Shown here piece by piece: positions 63,535 to 64,000 of a DNA stretch of 64,000 bases (the stretch's first letter is position 1; every line of letters starts with the position of its first letter). The stretch lies in contig CAWDXG010000004.1 in the NCBI GenBank assembly GCA_963806225.1, positions 1,824,001 to 1,888,000 on the forward strand, in the 5' to 3' direction. Position numbers and translations under genes: made by a program. The notes under the pieces are model-generated. The model saw nothing but the letters and a program-made list of their open reading frames with translations, did no database searches and was not told the DNA's origin. This DNA comes from an uncultured delta proteobacterium (GTDB lineage Bacteria; Myxococcota_A; Polyangia; Polyangiales; Polyangiaceae).

Positions 63535-64000
63535 GTGCTGGAAAATCCGCGGTTGTTTCCCGGGGCTTCGTGGCAGCGCTGCGGAGCGGCGCTGGCGCTT
63601 GCCGCGCTCCTCGCCGCCTGCGGCTCGTCCAATACGGGCGTGAATCCAGCGCCCGAGGCCCTCCTGTCGGAGCAGCCGAAGGTGATCTTCCACGACAGCC
63701 AGCCGATGGTCGTCGACGTGCAGATCAAGCTTCGACGACCCGGAAGTGCGGTGCTCACGCTGCCCGGCGACCCCGGTGCACGTCCCGCACCGCCGGCGGA
63801 CGAGCCGGGCACAGACCTCACGCTGCGCGCCCGCGGGCTCCTGCCCGACACGGAGTACCACGGCACGCTGGCGCTCACCGGGGAGGACGGCAGCGCGCAG
63901 TCCGTCGCTGTCGACTTCCATACGCTGCCGCCGGCGCCCGGCTTCATCGCGTCGTTCCCGGTCACGCGGGGCGGCACGCCGTCGAGCGAGTACCGCATCT
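63535..64000 (+). CDS. Lipoprotein, arylsulfotransferase N-terminal (Ig-like) type; 3' truncated by window
   Basis: Not in the ORF track; frame open from GTG 63535 to the window end; lipobox LAAC; RGLLPDTEY and DFHTLP motifs. Confidence 0.55.
   Translation, partial: MLENPRLFPGASWQRCGAALALAALLAACGSSNTGVNPAPEALLSEQPKVIFHDSQPMVVDVQIKLRRPGSAVLTLPGDPGARPAPPADEPGTDLTLRARGLLPDTEYHGTLALTGEDGSAQSVAVDFHTLPPAPGFIASFPVTRGGTPSSEYRI

Overview
A very GC-rich bacterial chromosomal segment. The gene content (eukaryote-like Ser/Thr kinases, Gly/Cys-rich and vWA lipoproteins, TSP3-OmpA, many sigma54 promoter motifs) suggests Myxococcota, probably Polyangiales-like; this is an inference. About 53 protein-coding loci are recognisable. 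I found no rRNA, tRNA, CRISPR array, transposase or integrase. Many clearly recognisable genes are split by single-base frameshifts, most likely long-read assembly indels. The most interesting locus is 24.0-33.8 kb. There, an ATGA-coupled acsA-pdhA-pdhB-pdhC-ACP operon (no E3, followed by a His-Gly/Cys putative protease) is transcribed divergently from a NarX-like sensor kinase and a PAS-AAA+-Fis enhancer-binding protein. Back-to-back sigma54 -24/-12 motifs sit between them. The kinase H-box His is replaced by Asp, and the enhancer-binding protein has lost both sigma54-contacting loops (GAFTGA/L1 and L2). Other highlights are a bacterial homolog of fungal sphingolipid C9-methyltransferase, a ribbon-helix-helix/Zn-ribbon regulator with a perfect 16-bp palindrome at its own start, an APC-transporter-USP-PTS EIIA fusion, a stand-alone HerA-like ATPase and an arrestin/SpoOM-like protein. 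All family assignments come from motifs read by eye; no searches were run.
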